Source of the DNA: an uncultured cyanobacterium
Lineage (GTDB): Bacteria; Cyanobacteriota; Cyanobacteriia; Cyanobacteriales; CAWCAG01
Direction of reading: 5' to 3'
Assembly: GCA_963793425.1 (NCBI GenBank)
Contig: CAWCAG010000009.1
Span: 512,001-576,000, forward strand
DNA length: 64,000 nt
Shown piece after piece: positions 63,504 through 64,000 of this stretch (positions are counted from its first letter, which is position 1; each line of letters starts with the position of its first letter). The notes beneath the pieces are model-generated. The model did not search any database and had not been told where the DNA came from. It saw only the letters and a list, made by a program, of their open reading frames with translations. The translations under genes and the position numbers were made by a program.

Positions 63504-63998
63504 TCAAGCTGAATAATTATCAATTGTCAAACAGATTTCAATGGTTTTGATTACTGATTCAGCTAGAGTCTCTAGATCGTAACCTCCTTCTAAACCAAAA
63601 AGAATATTTTTAGTGATTCCTAAGCAATAGTGAGTAAATAACTGATAATCTTGAGGTTGTAAAGAAATACTGGCTAAGGGGTCTGCATGATTAGCATCAT
63701 AACCAGCACTAATTATTAATAAATCTGGTTGAAAATCTCTTAAAAAAGGTACAACTTTATTCTCAAAAATAGGCAGATATTGTTGTATCGTGCTTCCTGG
63801 TTTCATAGGCAAATTAAGGACATTATTGTATTTTCCTTTCTCCTCAGCTTTTCCTGTACCGGGGTAACAAGGATATTGATGCAGAGAACAGTAAATAATT
63901 TGAGGATTACTCTCAACAATTGCTTGAGTACCATTACCATGATGTACGTCCCAATCTAAGATAGCGACGCGGTTACATCCCTTTTTTTCTAAGGCATA
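63504..63998 (-). CDS. Histone deacetylase family protein (AcuC/HDAC), 5'-truncated by window edge
   Basis: Reading upstream of the listed ORF gives AILDWDVHHGNGTQ and SLHQ..YPGTG; the ORF itself has SAGYD and LEGGY. Confidence 0.93.
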   Translation of the reverse strand, partial: YALEKKGCNRVAILDWDVHHGNGTQAIVESNPQIIYCSLHQYPCYPGTGKAEEKGKYNNVLNLPMKPGSTIQQYLPIFENKVVPFLRDFQPDLLIISAGYDANHADPLASISLQPQDYQLFTHYCLGITKNILFGLEGGYDLETLAESVIKTIEICLTIDNYSA

Positions 63999-64000
63999 AT

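Overview
AT-rich cyanobacterial chromosomal window. Cyanobacterial hallmarks include frequent HIP1 octamers GCGATCGC, heptameric STRR-type tandem repeats, and crr6, pxcA, ccsB, a phycobiliprotein lyase and ebsA. It holds about 50 mostly housekeeping CDSs (gmd-fcl, pilT2, wecB, MoxR cluster, gpmI, amt, group-2 sigma factor, holB, glcF, thrB, hslO, prs, bioD, Ser/Thr kinase, AAA_35-WD40). One complete minus-strand rRNA operon is present (16S, tRNA-Ile, tRNA-Ala, 23S, 5S), along with several decayed genes and small repeats or MITE-like elements. I saw no CRISPR array, prophage or intact transposase. The best leads are: (1) a translationally coupled three-gene pterin module (divergent pteridine glycosyltransferase, Nudix hydrolase, TmpR-type pteridine reductase); (2) a candidate ~105-nt sRNA with an HLR1-like site over its -10 box; (3) a KaiB-domain fusion directly downstream of pilT2; (4) a histidine kinase with an eroded ethylene-receptor-like and PAS input; (5) a KGK protein with an expanding acidic repeat tail. 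All family assignments come from motif recognition and recalled family knowledge; no searches were run.
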